DNA from: Candidatus Saccharimonadota bacterium
Lineage (GTDB): Bacteria; Pseudomonadota; Alphaproteobacteria; Rickettsiales; Anaplasmataceae
Direction: 5' to 3'
DNA length: 32,000 bases
Assembly (NCBI GenBank): GCA_029715105.1
Contig: CP085695.1
Span: forward strand, 270,001 to 302,000
The notes below the pieces were generated by a model. It was not told the origin of the DNA. It searched no databases and saw only the letters and a program-made list of their open reading frames with translations. Below, piece by piece: positions 20,632-30,510 of this stretch (position 1 is the stretch's first letter; each line of letters opens with the position of its first letter). Position numbers and translations under genes: made by a program.

Positions 20632-22266
20632 ATGGGTATAAATAAAAGTAAATTTTTGTTTCTTCCACTAGGAGGGGTAGGTAGGATTGGGATGAACGTA
20701 AGTCTGTATCATTATCAAGGTAAGTGGATTATGGTTGATCTTGGTATTGGTTTTGCAGATGAAACTATGCCGGGTATTGAGTTATTAGTTGTAGATGTAA
20801 ATTTTATTTCTCAAAGGAAAAAGGATTTACTTGGTATAATAATCACACATGCACATGAAGATCATTGTGGCGCAATACCTTATTTATGGGAAGAATTGCG
20901 GTGTCCAGTATATACAACAAAATTTACAGTTAATTTTCTTAAAGAGAAATTAAAGGAGTTTCAACTAGAAAGTATAGTACCAGTAAAAGAAGTGGATATA
21001 AATGGTAAAATAAATTTAGACCCTTTTATTATTGAGTTTATAAATGTAACTCATTCAATTCCTGAAGCGCATTCAATATTAATTAGTACCGATGTAGGTA
21101 GCGTTCTTCATACTGGTGACTGGAAATTTGATCCAAAACCTGTTGTTGGTTTAGTTTCTAATATAAATCGTTTAAAAGAAGCCGGAGATAAAGGTAATTT
21201 GCTTGCAGCAATTTGTGATTCAACTAATATATTGAGTAAGCATAATCCTGAGTCAGAAGGTGAAATTTATAATAATATTTATAATATAATAAGGAAATCC
21301 AAAAAATTGGTTGCTGTGTCACTTTTTGCTTCAAATGTAGCACGAATTGAAACAATAAGACGAATTGCAAAGGCACTTGATAGAAAAGTAGTTTTGCTCG
21401 GAAAATCTTTATGGAGAATAGTAAAGGTTGCACAAGACAGTGGATATTTAATTAATTCTATTGAATTTTGCAAAGCAAGAGATATAAAAAATTTTCCAAG
21501 AGACAGATTGTTATTAATTTGTACAGGTTGTCAAGGAGAACCAATGGCTGCAACTTCAAAATTAGCAAATAATAATCATTGTATATTTAGAATGCAGCGA
21601 GGTGATACATTAATTTTTTCATCAAAAATTATTCCTGGTAATGAAACTCGTACACATAATATGTTTAATGCTTTTATTGAAATGGGTGTAGAAGTTTTTA
21701 TTGATGAAATGGAGTATATTCATGCTTCTGGGCATCCAGTAAAAGCAGAATTAAAAGAAATGTATTCTTTGATAAAACCTAGAATGTCTATTCCAGTTCA
21801 TGGTGAATATATTCATACACATGCTCATGTAAAATTTGCTAGAGAATGTGGTGTAGAAAAAGCAATAATGGTTATGTCAGGTGATATTGTTAATTTAGAG
21901 AGTGGGGAAAAAGTTGATTCGATTGATGTTGAATATTTTGGTATTGACGGTATGTTGTTGCGTTGTCCAGAAAGTAGTGTTATAAAGATGCGTAGAAGGA
22001 TGAGGGATGCTGGCGCTGTTGTAGTGACAGCGGTTGTAAATAAGAAAAATAAATTGCTTGCTAAGCCGAAAGTGTTTGCTCCTGGTGTTTTTGAGATCTC
22101 AAAAGATGCGGCTATCATACAGAGGATTGTAAAAACTGTCGAGTTAGCGTTTGGACTACAATCAACAAAAAAAATAAGGGATAAAATTGAAAGCTCAATA
22201 TTTAGCATTTTAAGAGAGTATTTATTAAAAAGACCTGTAATTAAAGTTCAGATAGAACAAATATAA
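20632..22266 (+). CDS. rnj: ribonuclease J (metallo-beta-lactamase/beta-CASP family)
   Basis: About 544 aa with the HAHEDHCGA (HxHxDH) motif, HTGDWKFD, a later ASGH motif and the RNase J domain order. The track start is TTG 20629, with ATG 20632 adjacent. Confidence 0.88.
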   Translation: MGINKSKFLFLPLGGVGRIGMNVSLYHYQGKWIMVDLGIGFADETMPGIELLVVDVNFISQRKKDLLGIIITHAHEDHCGAIPYLWEELRCPVYTTKFTVNFLKEKLKEFQLESIVPVKEVDINGKINLDPFIIEFINVTHSIPEAHSILISTDVGSVLHTGDWKFDPKPVVGLVSNINRLKEAGDKGNLLAAICDSTNILSKHNPESEGEIYNNIYNIIRKSKKLVAVSLFASNVARIETIRRIAKALDRKVVLLGKSLWRIVKVAQDSGYLINSIEFCKARDIKNFPRDRLLLICTGCQGEPMAATSKLANNNHCIFRMQRGDTLIFSSKIIPGNETRTHNMFNAFIEMGVEVFIDEMEYIHASGHPVKAELKEMYSLIKPRMSIPVHGEYIHTHAHVKFARECGVEKAIMVMSGDIVNLESGEKVDSIDVEYFGIDGMLLRCPESSVIKMRRRMRDAGAVVVTAVVNKKNKLLAKPKVFAPGVFEISKDAAIIQRIVKTVELAFGLQSTKKIRDKIESSIFSILREYLLKRPVIKVQIEQI

Positions 22267-22851
22267 GTGAGTGAAAGTGTGTATTTTTTAGTTTATGTTT
22301 ATATTATTTATTTTATTATTTTGCCATTTTGTCATCAAATTTGCTTATTTATTTTAAATAAAATCATTTTCTCCTTTTATTAGAGAATTTTTTAAAATAA
22401 AAGTATAAGAAAGTAATGTAATAAAAATATGATTATAAAATCATTAAATTTACGGAGAACATTGAGATAAATTTATATATTTCATGCTATGGTGGAGAAT
22501 AATTATTTTGAGATATTTTAGTTTGTATAATCTTAATTTTTGGTTCATCATGTTATAATTTTTGTTTTTATTGTAAATTGAAGTATATATTACTGCATCA
22601 ATTTATTTTAAATAAATAATTTAGAGTTATGAAAATGTGTAAGATTACTTTACAATTTATCTTATCTCTGATAAAGTTTTACTGTTATTGTATAAGTAAA
22701 TTAAAAAAGGTTCTCTTAAAGAGAGATAGAATAAATATTATGCTTTATAGTTTTCCGCTAAAGTTTTATAGTGATGAGTTTGTTTTTATTTATCAAAATG
22801 AATTTGATGCATTTTATTAAAATTTCCTGATTTTAATTACTAGATAATCTG

Positions 22852-23203
22852 TGTGTTGTAGTTATATATTTTATTAATAATTTCGCGATTATGGGGTTAA
22901 TAAGCGGAAATGCTTTAGTAAATTCAAGAGCGCCATATGTTGATGCAGTAAAAATTATGTTTTCTGGTGATTGGCACTTAATTATCTCTATCGTTGCATC
23001 TATTTTTTGTATTAGTAGTTTAAATGCCTGGATATTGTTTAATGGACAAATTGCTGTTGGTCTTGCTGAGGATAAATTTATACCGCAATTTTTTGCTAAA
23101 AAAAATAGATACGATTCTCCCTTTTTAGGAATAATAGTTAGTTCGATTGGAACTGCAATTTTATTGATTTTTACATCAAGCAAAAATTTTGTTCAACAAA
23201 TTA
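22852..23203 (+). pseudogene. duplicated internal fragment of the downstream permease gene (roughly codons 234-350 counted from ATG 23376)
   Basis: 100% nucleotide identity with 24075..24426, checked line by line. Track ORFs on both strands (22891..23256 + and 22833..23183 -) reproduce the parent-gene translations exactly. The fragment lacks the permease 5' and 3' parts. Confidence 0.85.
22852..23203 (+). repeat. direct repeat copy A (352 bp)
   Basis: Identical to 24075..24426 at an offset of 1223 bp. Degenerate similarity extends left to 22838/24061 (a shared TACTAG, then small indels). Confidence 0.9.
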
Positions 23204-23375
23204 TTAAAATAACAGTTATAATTATATATGGAAATATTATAGAAAGTAATTTATAGTTTATCTTTTTTTTAGAAAGTATATTTCTTATTTTGATATTGCA
23301 AATGCAATTTTAAAAGCTTAATCTAAAACATAAATTTTATTTATTAACTTCATAAGTTGGGTTTGTTTGACTTTT

Positions 23376-24680
23376 ATGAAAAGTAGAGAGTTTTACACAA
23401 ACAAGATAGGCTTTTTAACTACTTTAGCGTTAGTGATTAATAGTCAAATTGGTTCTGGAATTTTTATGTTGCCAAATAGTCTTGCACCTTATGGAATTTA
23501 TAGTCTTGTAGGTTGGATAATATCAGGAGCTGGTGCTATATCTCTTGCGTTAGTATTTGCTATGTTATGTGCTAAGTTTCCAGAAACTGGAGGTCCATAT
23601 ATTTATGTGAAACATACTTTTGGTTCTACTGTAGCTTTTTTTGTTGGTTGGACATATTGGGTAAGTTCATGGGTTAGTACAACAGCATTAATAGTTATAG
23701 GAATTGGTTATCTTACACCATTTTTTCATGAAAATATTCAAAATACGCGTTTACTTTTGGAATTATTGTTGCTTGTGATCATTACATTAACAAGTTTAAG
23801 AGGAATAGCCATTACTGGACGTATTGAGTTTTTGTTTACAATTATAAAAATTACTGTATTGCTTGTAATATCTGTTGCAGCGTTATTTTTTTTTGATAAA
23901 AATAATTTTATTATAAGTGAGGAAATTTCAAATCTTACGGTATCGCAGGTTCTTGCTCGTTCTGTACTTCTTACTATGTGGTGTTTTATAGGACTTGAGT
24001 CTGTGACGGTACCTGCTGGATTGATTGATAATTCAAAAAGAACTATACCAAAAGCTATAGTACTAGGTACAATCTGTGTTGTAGTTATATATTTTATTAA
24101 TAATTTCGCGATTATGGGGTTAATAAGCGGAAATGCTTTAGTAAATTCAAGAGCGCCATATGTTGATGCAGTAAAAATTATGTTTTCTGGTGATTGGCAC
24201 TTAATTATCTCTATCGTTGCATCTATTTTTTGTATTAGTAGTTTAAATGCCTGGATATTGTTTAATGGACAAATTGCTGTTGGTCTTGCTGAGGATAAAT
24301 TTATACCGCAATTTTTTGCTAAAAAAAATAGATACGATTCTCCCTTTTTAGGAATAATAGTTAGTTCGATTGGAACTGCAATTTTATTGATTTTTACATC
24401 AAGCAAAAATTTTGTTCAACAAATTACTTTAATTATTGATTTTTCTGTAGTTTCATTTTTATTTATTTATCTTATATGTAGTTTTGCTTTTTTAAAAATT
24501 ATCAGAAAGGAAGGAAATTGTTATAGGTTTTTGATTAGCGGTATAGCAATAATTTTTTGTTGCTGGATAATATTTGAAATCCCTGTGAGTACCCTGTTAA
24601 CTACAAGCTTATTTACAATAAGTGGAATACCCTTTTATTTGTTTTATATTATTTCGAAGCATCTTTTTAAGGTTTCATAG
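23376..24680 (+). CDS. APC-superfamily basic amino acid/polyamine antiporter-like permease (PotE/AdiC/ArcD-like)
   Basis: About 434 aa and around 12 TM segments. The GSGIFMLPNSLA motif is present, and the region MWCFIGLESVTVPAG...NSKRTIPKAIVLGT...YF is collinear with E. coli PotE. I prefer ATG 23376; the track uses TTG 23367. Confidence 0.87.
   Translation: MKSREFYTNKIGFLTTLALVINSQIGSGIFMLPNSLAPYGIYSLVGWIISGAGAISLALVFAMLCAKFPETGGPYIYVKHTFGSTVAFFVGWTYWVSSWVSTTALIVIGIGYLTPFFHENIQNTRLLLELLLLVIITLTSLRGIAITGRIEFLFTIIKITVLLVISVAALFFFDKNNFIISEEISNLTVSQVLARSVLLTMWCFIGLESVTVPAGLIDNSKRTIPKAIVLGTICVVVIYFINNFAIMGLISGNALVNSRAPYVDAVKIMFSGDWHLIISIVASIFCISSLNAWILFNGQIAVGLAEDKFIPQFFAKKNRYDSPFLGIIVSSIGTAILLIFTSSKNFVQQITLIIDFSVVSFLFIYLICSFAFLKIIRKEGNCYRFLISGIAIIFCCWIIFEIPVSTLLTTSLFTISGIPFYLFYIISKHLFKVS
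24075..24426 (+). repeat. direct repeat copy B (352 bp, inside the permease CDS)
   Basis: Identical to 22852..23203. Confidence 0.9.
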
Positions 24681-24824
24681 AATCTTTCTTAATCATGGTG
24701 AGAATGGGTTTTCTCGTATTAGAAGAAATTATTGTTCTTTACTTTGTTAAAATTTTGAATATTCTTCAATAAATAGAATTGCAATAATTTACTATGTTAT
24801 TTGTAACTGTAGTTTATAATAAGT

Positions 24825-26348
24825 ATGAGAAGAGCTTTAATATCGGTTTATGATAAAACTAATATAGTTGATCTTGCTTCATTTTTAATGAAACAACAAA
24901 TAGAAATTCTCTCAACTGGAAATACCTATAAAGTATTATTTAATGCAGGAATAAAAACGCAGGAAGTTTCGGACTATCTACAATTTCCAGAAATATTAGG
25001 CGGCAGAGTAAAGACCCTGCATCCTAAGATTTATGGAGGATTATTGTATAATCAAAATAAAAAAGAAATACGAGATTTAGGGATTAAACCAATAGACTTG
25101 CTTATAGTTAATTTATATCCATTTTTAGAAGCAATAAATAGTAATTTGGATGAAAGCGAAATTATAGAACAAATTGATATTGGTGGAGTAGCTTTAATTA
25201 GAGCCGCAGCAAAAAATTTTCATTTTATTTCGGTTATTTCTAGCATTCAAGATTATGAAATCTTAAAAGCTGAGATGATTAAAAATCGTAATAAAATAAC
25301 ACTTGAATACAGAAAACACCTAGCAACTAAAGCATTTGCTCTTACCTCGTATTATGATTTTAATATTTATAATTGGTTTTTTTCTAAAAAAAATAGAAGT
25401 GAAAATAGTGAAGAATTACCAGAATTTTTTGCTTTATATGGATGTAAAACACAAAAACTTAGATATGGAGAAAATCCACATCAAAAAGCTGCCTTTTATA
25501 GTAATCAGTTTACAAAATATCCATTGGAAAAAATACATGGAAAAGAATTAAGTTATAATAATATAATAGATATAGAGTCTGCACTTAGTTTAATTCTTAA
25601 ATTTCATGAACCTGCAACAGTTATAGTAAAGCATAATAATCCATGCGGAGCAGCAGTTGGTAATAGTGTTCTAGAGGCATGTGAAAAAGCTTTATCGTGT
25701 GATAAAATAAGTAATTTTGGTGGTATAGTTGCATTAAACCGAGAAATAGACTTAGAGTTAGCTGAAAAATTAATTAAGATTTTCTTAGAGGTAATAATAT
25801 CACCATCGATAAGCGATGAAGCTCTAAAAGTCTTGCAAAAAAAGAAAAGTTTAAGAATAGTTATTTATAATTATTTTTTTCAGAAAAATTCAAAATACCA
25901 GATCAGGAATGTCACTGGTGGTTTTTTATTGCAGGATAATAGTAGCGATGTTTTAAAATTAGAAAAAATAGCTCAAGTAACAAAACGTACTGCAACAGAA
26001 AGAGAAAAAGAAAATCTTATTTTTGCTTGGAAAATATGTATGCATGTAAAATCTAATGCGATAGTGATAGCAAGAGATGGTTGTACTGTTGGTATTGGTG
26101 CAGGACAAACAAGCAGGATAGATAGCGTAAATATCGCAGTTAAAAAAGCTGGTAATAGGTGCAAGGATGCGGTGCTCGCTTCAGATGCATTTTTTCCGTT
26201 TTCAGATAGTATAATAAAAAGTGTAAGGCATGGAATTACAGCCATAATTCAGCCTGGTGGTTCTATAAATGACCAAGATATAATAGCGGTTGCAAATGAA
26301 AATGGAATTGCTATGTTTTTTACAGGTATTCGTAGTTTCGTCCATTAA
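24825..26348 (+). CDS. purH: bifunctional AICAR transformylase / IMP cyclohydrolase
   Basis: 507 aa with an N-terminal MGS-like domain (RALISVYDKT, RVKTLHPKIYGG) and a C-terminal AICARFT domain ending in FTGIRSFVH. Confidence 0.95.
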   Translation: MRRALISVYDKTNIVDLASFLMKQQIEILSTGNTYKVLFNAGIKTQEVSDYLQFPEILGGRVKTLHPKIYGGLLYNQNKKEIRDLGIKPIDLLIVNLYPFLEAINSNLDESEIIEQIDIGGVALIRAAAKNFHFISVISSIQDYEILKAEMIKNRNKITLEYRKHLATKAFALTSYYDFNIYNWFFSKKNRSENSEELPEFFALYGCKTQKLRYGENPHQKAAFYSNQFTKYPLEKIHGKELSYNNIIDIESALSLILKFHEPATVIVKHNNPCGAAVGNSVLEACEKALSCDKISNFGGIVALNREIDLELAEKLIKIFLEVIISPSISDEALKVLQKKKSLRIVIYNYFFQKNSKYQIRNVTGGFLLQDNSSDVLKLEKIAQVTKRTATEREKENLIFAWKICMHVKSNAIVIARDGCTVGIGAGQTSRIDSVNIAVKKAGNRCKDAVLASDAFFPFSDSIIKSVRHGITAIIQPGGSINDQDIIAVANENGIAMFFTGIRSFVH

Positions 26349-26474
26349 TTTTATGTTTTTATGAGAAGAATATATTTTATATATTTGCTTATTTATATTT
26401 AGATAACACGAAGTAGTTTACAGTTGGTTTTTAATATGATATTAATAAAAACTGAGTTGGATTTTATCTTTTAT

Positions 26475-26546
26475 TCCTTGGTAGCTCAGTGGTAGAGCAG
26501 TTGGCTGTTAACCAATTGGTCGCTGGTTCGAATCCGGCCCGAGGAG
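26475..26546 (+). tRNA. tRNA-Asn (anticodon GUU)
   Basis: Hand-folded 72-nt cloverleaf. Acceptor TCCTTGG pairs with CCGAGGA, the anticodon loop is CTGTTAA, and the T-loop is GTTCGAATC. Confidence 0.92.
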
Positions 26547-27038
26547 CTCTATTTATGAATATAATGAAATGGTATGGTATATTATTATATAGTTTTGGTA
26601 AAATTATATATATAACTTAGTATTCAAATTTATTGATTTTTGGATTTTATAGTAGAAACTGATTTCGTCCCTTCTTTAAGATAGAAGAATTCTATTTAAG
26701 TATTCTTGTCTAAATGAATCAAAAATTATATGTAAAACGATAAGAATTAAAATTTTCATAATAAAAACATTAAGTTGTGATTAAAATTCATATTTTGATA
26801 TGAGAAATCAAAACGATTTTATTAGCTTTTTAAGCTATGGGGTTTTAGTTATTTAAATAGAAAGTAATCCTTACATTAGATTATAAATTATATTTATAAT
26901 ATATGCCTGTTTAATATTTATTAAATTTAAATTGTTTTAAGTTTATATTTAATAATATATGTAATTCTTATTTATTGTTCCATAAGTAATATTTTATGTA
27001 TAAAATTTAAATAGTATTCGAGTAATTTTAAAATTAGT

Positions 27039-28196
27039 ATGTCGGAGATTGTAAATTTAAAAAAAGAAGAGCGAGTTGCATGTGGAAAAATATGTTTCAA
27101 TGTGAATCGCACAAGTCTTTTTTATACATTATCAAAAATAAGTGGAATAGTTGAGAGACGGAATGTAGTTGATATTTTATCATGTATGAGTATTAAGGCA
27201 CAACATTCTAGTATAGAGTTAATGGTTACTGATCTTAATATTTTGATGTTTGCTTCTCTTCCTGCAAATGTATTAGTACATGGAGAAGTAAAAATTTCAG
27301 CACATATTATATATGATATAGTGAAAAAATTACCGACTGATTCTAATATTAATTTTAAAATGGATAATCATGGAAAATTATCGATATCTTGTAAAAATAC
27401 AAAATTTTTAATACCTGAGATAATTTTAGGTGATTTTCCTCTTTTTGAAAAGATAGATTATAGATATGATTTTATTTTGATGAGTTGGGATTTAGTAGAT
27501 TTATTAACTAAAGCTAAATTTGCTATGTCATTAGATGATACAAGATATAATTTAAATGGAATTTGTTTGCATACAGATGATTTGTTTTTATATTGTGTTG
27601 CTACTGATGGACATCGATTGTCTTGTATAAAGAGACCTAAACCCAAAGGTATTGATGATGAATTTAGTGTAATAATTCCACGTAAAACTGTAGTAGAACT
27701 ATTAAAAGTATTATGTGATTGTAATGAAGTTGGTATAAAGCTCTCACAAAGAAAGATTAAATTTACGTGTGGTGAATATGTTTTAATATCAAAATTAATA
27801 GATGGAACTTTTCCAGATTATAGGTCTGTTATTCCAGTAACTAGAAATAAATATTATATGACTGTTGAGAGCGTTAAGTTAGCTGATGCTATAGATAGGG
27901 TTTCTGTTGTCATTTTTAATAAAATAAAATCTGTAAAGTTTTTATTGCAAGAGAAATTATTAACTTTGAATTCAAATTCTCATGATAGTAATAATTATGC
28001 AACTGAGTCTATAGAGGTAGATTATAATGGGATTTCTATGAAAATAGGATTTAATTCGCGTTATTTACTTGACATTTTATCTTGCATAAAAAACAAATGT
28101 AGATTTAATTTATTAGAAGATAGTAATGGTGCCGTAATTATTATTGATGAAGATGATCCAAATGCATTATATATAGTAATGCCAATGAGAGTTTAG
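27039..28196 (+). CDS. dnaN: DNA polymerase III beta subunit (sliding clamp)
   Basis: 385 aa with beta-clamp length and layout. It contains GICLHTDD...ATDGHRLS and LIDGTFPDYRSVIP motifs and the C-terminal IVMPMRV. dnaA, recF and gyrB are not adjacent. Confidence 0.92.
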   Translation: MSEIVNLKKEERVACGKICFNVNRTSLFYTLSKISGIVERRNVVDILSCMSIKAQHSSIELMVTDLNILMFASLPANVLVHGEVKISAHIIYDIVKKLPTDSNINFKMDNHGKLSISCKNTKFLIPEIILGDFPLFEKIDYRYDFILMSWDLVDLLTKAKFAMSLDDTRYNLNGICLHTDDLFLYCVATDGHRLSCIKRPKPKGIDDEFSVIIPRKTVVELLKVLCDCNEVGIKLSQRKIKFTCGEYVLISKLIDGTFPDYRSVIPVTRNKYYMTVESVKLADAIDRVSVVIFNKIKSVKFLLQEKLLTLNSNSHDSNNYATESIEVDYNGISMKIGFNSRYLLDILSCIKNKCRFNLLEDSNGAVIIIDEDDPNALYIVMPMRV

Positions 28197-28201
28197 ATAG
28201 T

Positions 28202-28939
28202 TTAGTAGTCTATTTTTACCAAATATAAGCCGTAAGGTGGCGCAGTTACTCCGGCAGCACTTCTTCTGCGTTGTTTTAATATATTTAGCATCTCCTGTGG
28301 GTTGGTTTTATTTTTCCCAAATTTAACTAAAGTGCCTACAATAATTCTTACTTGATTATGTAAAAAGGAAATAGCAGATATTTTAATATATATAAAATTT
28401 TCGTTTTGTACTATTTCGATGTTATCGATTGTTTTTATGGGGCTTATAGCTTGACAGTTTTTTGAACGAAAACTTGAGAGGTTATGTTTTCCGAGAAGGT
28501 ATTTTGCCGCTTCGCGCATGATGTTAACATCAAGCGGATTAAATATTTGCCATACATAACCAGAATTTAAAACTGTTGGAGTGCATCTGATAAATATTTT
28601 ATATTCATAGTGTTTTTTTTTTGCCGAAAATCTAGCATGAAATTCATTATTTACAATTTCTACACTAAGTATAGTTATAGGAATTGATTTTAAGTAAAAA
28701 TTTATTGCGTTTCTTATTTTATAAAGTTCAAGTTCTTTTTTTATATTAAAATGAGCAACTTGTCCTAAAGCGTGAACTCCTGCGTCTGTTCTACTGCCAC
28801 AATATAAAGTGACTTTTTCTTTACTAAAATTGAATATAGCATTCTCTATAGTTTCTTGAACTGAATTAATAGAATGTTGCTGTTTTTGCCAACCAGAAAA
28901 GCTACTACCATTGTATTCTATTATTATTTTATATCGCAT
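28202..28939 (-). CDS. truA: tRNA pseudouridine(38-40) synthase
   Basis: 245 aa with N-terminus YKIIIEYNGSSFSGWQKQ and the catalytic GSRTDAGVHA motif. It converges on dnaN with only 5 bp between the stop codons. Confidence 0.92.
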   Translation of the reverse strand: MRYKIIIEYNGSSFSGWQKQQHSINSVQETIENAIFNFSKEKVTLYCGSRTDAGVHALGQVAHFNIKKELELYKIRNAINFYLKSIPITILSVEIVNNEFHARFSAKKKHYEYKIFIRCTPTVLNSGYVWQIFNPLDVNIMREAAKYLLGKHNLSSFRSKNCQAISPIKTIDNIEIVQNENFIYIKISAISFLHNQVRIIVGTLVKFGKNKTNPQEMLNILKQRRRSAAGVTAPPYGLYLVKIDY

Positions 28940-29714
28940 TACAAAATTTTGCCTATATTTTATAATTTTATTATATAAATTTTATTTTCAGTAAAATTAA
29001 TTATTAATATTTTATAGAATTTTATTAAATAAAAATATTAATAATAAAGTTAAATTTTATTTCGCTAGTCGATTTAGTTTTCTATATTAATATTTGGATT
29101 AGTTTTACGTAATTATTTTAATAATGATAATTATACTAAGAGATTGATATATGATTCTATGACTTTATTTAAAGTATGAGTTCTAGAAAACTTAATCTTA
29201 TAATATTTTGGTATCAGATTCAAGTGGTGAGATTATTATATCAGTTGTTGAGGTTTGTATTAAAGCATTTTTAGTTCTGTAGAGACAATTGAATACGTTT
29301 TAGTTGTTTGTAAAGATAAAAAGCAGATTGAATAATATTTAGAGAAATTAATAAGAAGTGATGAGAATTATTTTGTGGTATATATACTATTATTGATGAT
29401 AAATTAAGAAAATATTTGAAAGGTAATTAATTAGAAATTTCTTATCAGCAATATTATCATATATTATTGTGAGGAAATTTCTTCTTATCTCGAAATTGAA
29501 AAAGACAATAAATTTAATTTGTATATTGAAATAAAAATAAATATTTTCAGCAAATTGAGACGATTGGGTTGTATTATTAATCATGATAATTGTCAAAAAT
29601 ATTCAGGATATTAATATAGTAGATATAATTTTAACTGGGGTCACGTACATCGAAATTTCCAACTTAGCATGTATTAGCTTATTATCAAGGGGAGCTATAA
29701 AGTTGTAATAAAAA

Positions 29715-29748
29715 TATCTCTTAATCATTTATTAACGAGATACTTTTT
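29715..29748. terminator. orphan bidirectional terminator-like hairpin
   Basis: TATCTCTTAA / TTAACGAGATA form a 10-bp stem with one bulged C and a 7-nt loop. It is flanked by A5 (29710-29714) on the left and CTTTTT (29743-29748) on the right. Confidence 0.4.
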
Positions 29749-30097
29749 GTATTGACTTAATAAAGTTAGAAAACGAGTTTTAACGATAAGACGCAATAGA
29801 TGTGAATAGATTATAAGTAGAAATATGTGAAAATAGACCTCTTTCAATTAAGAACGAAAATAATAATATATATGCAATTCCAAAAAAAAAAGTTGAAAAT
29901 GGAATTAAGATAACAGAAAAAATTTTTAAACAAAAATAATTGGCTAATTATTGATATAACACGAAAATCAATCGAAGAAGTATCAGCAACAATTGTATAA
30001 TATTTAACAAGGGTGTGATTAATTTTGTTAATTGACTATTTTCGTAAGTATAACCATAATGTAAAAATTATTAAAAATTTTTATATATTTTAAAATT

Positions 30098-30226
30098 ATG
30101 AAAGTGAAGAGCTCATTAAAGTCTCATCGTAATAGGGATAAAAACTGTAAAGTTATAAGGAGGTGTGGTAAAGTTTTTGTTATAAACAAAATAAGGCCAA
30201 GATATAAGGTACGTCAGGGTTCTTAA
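30098..30226 (+). CDS. rpmJ: 50S ribosomal protein L36
   Basis: 42-aa ORF missing from the ORF track: [42 protein letters not shown]. It matches the alphaproteobacterial-type L36 pattern MK[VI]..SLK....R......RR.G...[VI]INK..PR.K.RQG. Confidence 0.9.
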   Translation: MKVKSSLKSHRNRDKNCKVIRRCGKVFVINKIRPRYKVRQGS

Positions 30227-30510
30227 ACAGGGAGGTTATAATTTATCCATTTATGGGGAAGAGGAGAGCCTTTTTTTTTGAGAGGGTTGGTTTGTTTTTA
30301 TATAAAATTAAGGTATTCAGTTTATATGTAGTTCTTATCAGGGTGACATTTTTAGGAAGTATTATGGCTGTGCGCTAGTGCGATTTTATATCTTGCTTTG
30401 TGTTGAACATTGAGATGTTGAAGTTATAGTAGTAGATCTTTATATATTTTATAGAAATTAAATAGATAATATCTATATATGTGCAAAATTAAAGTTGTTA
30501 AAAAAAAAAG

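Noticed and set aside
22629-22820. 63-aa intergenic ORF just upstream of the repeat copy.
   Set aside because: The sequence is low-complexity and rich in I, K, F and Y, as expected from AT-rich non-coding DNA. It has no Shine-Dalgarno sequence and no recognisable similarity.
23738-24406. 222-aa minus-strand ORF, with its 116-aa twin at 22833..23183.
   Set aside because: These are antisense shadow ORFs inside the permease CDS and its duplicated fragment. They have no family resemblance and appear twice only because of the 352-bp repeat.
29390-29596. 68-aa minus-strand ORF in the truA-rpmJ spacer.
   Set aside because: It is extremely rich in I, N and F, has no ribosome-binding site and no recognisable family. 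It is most likely chance.
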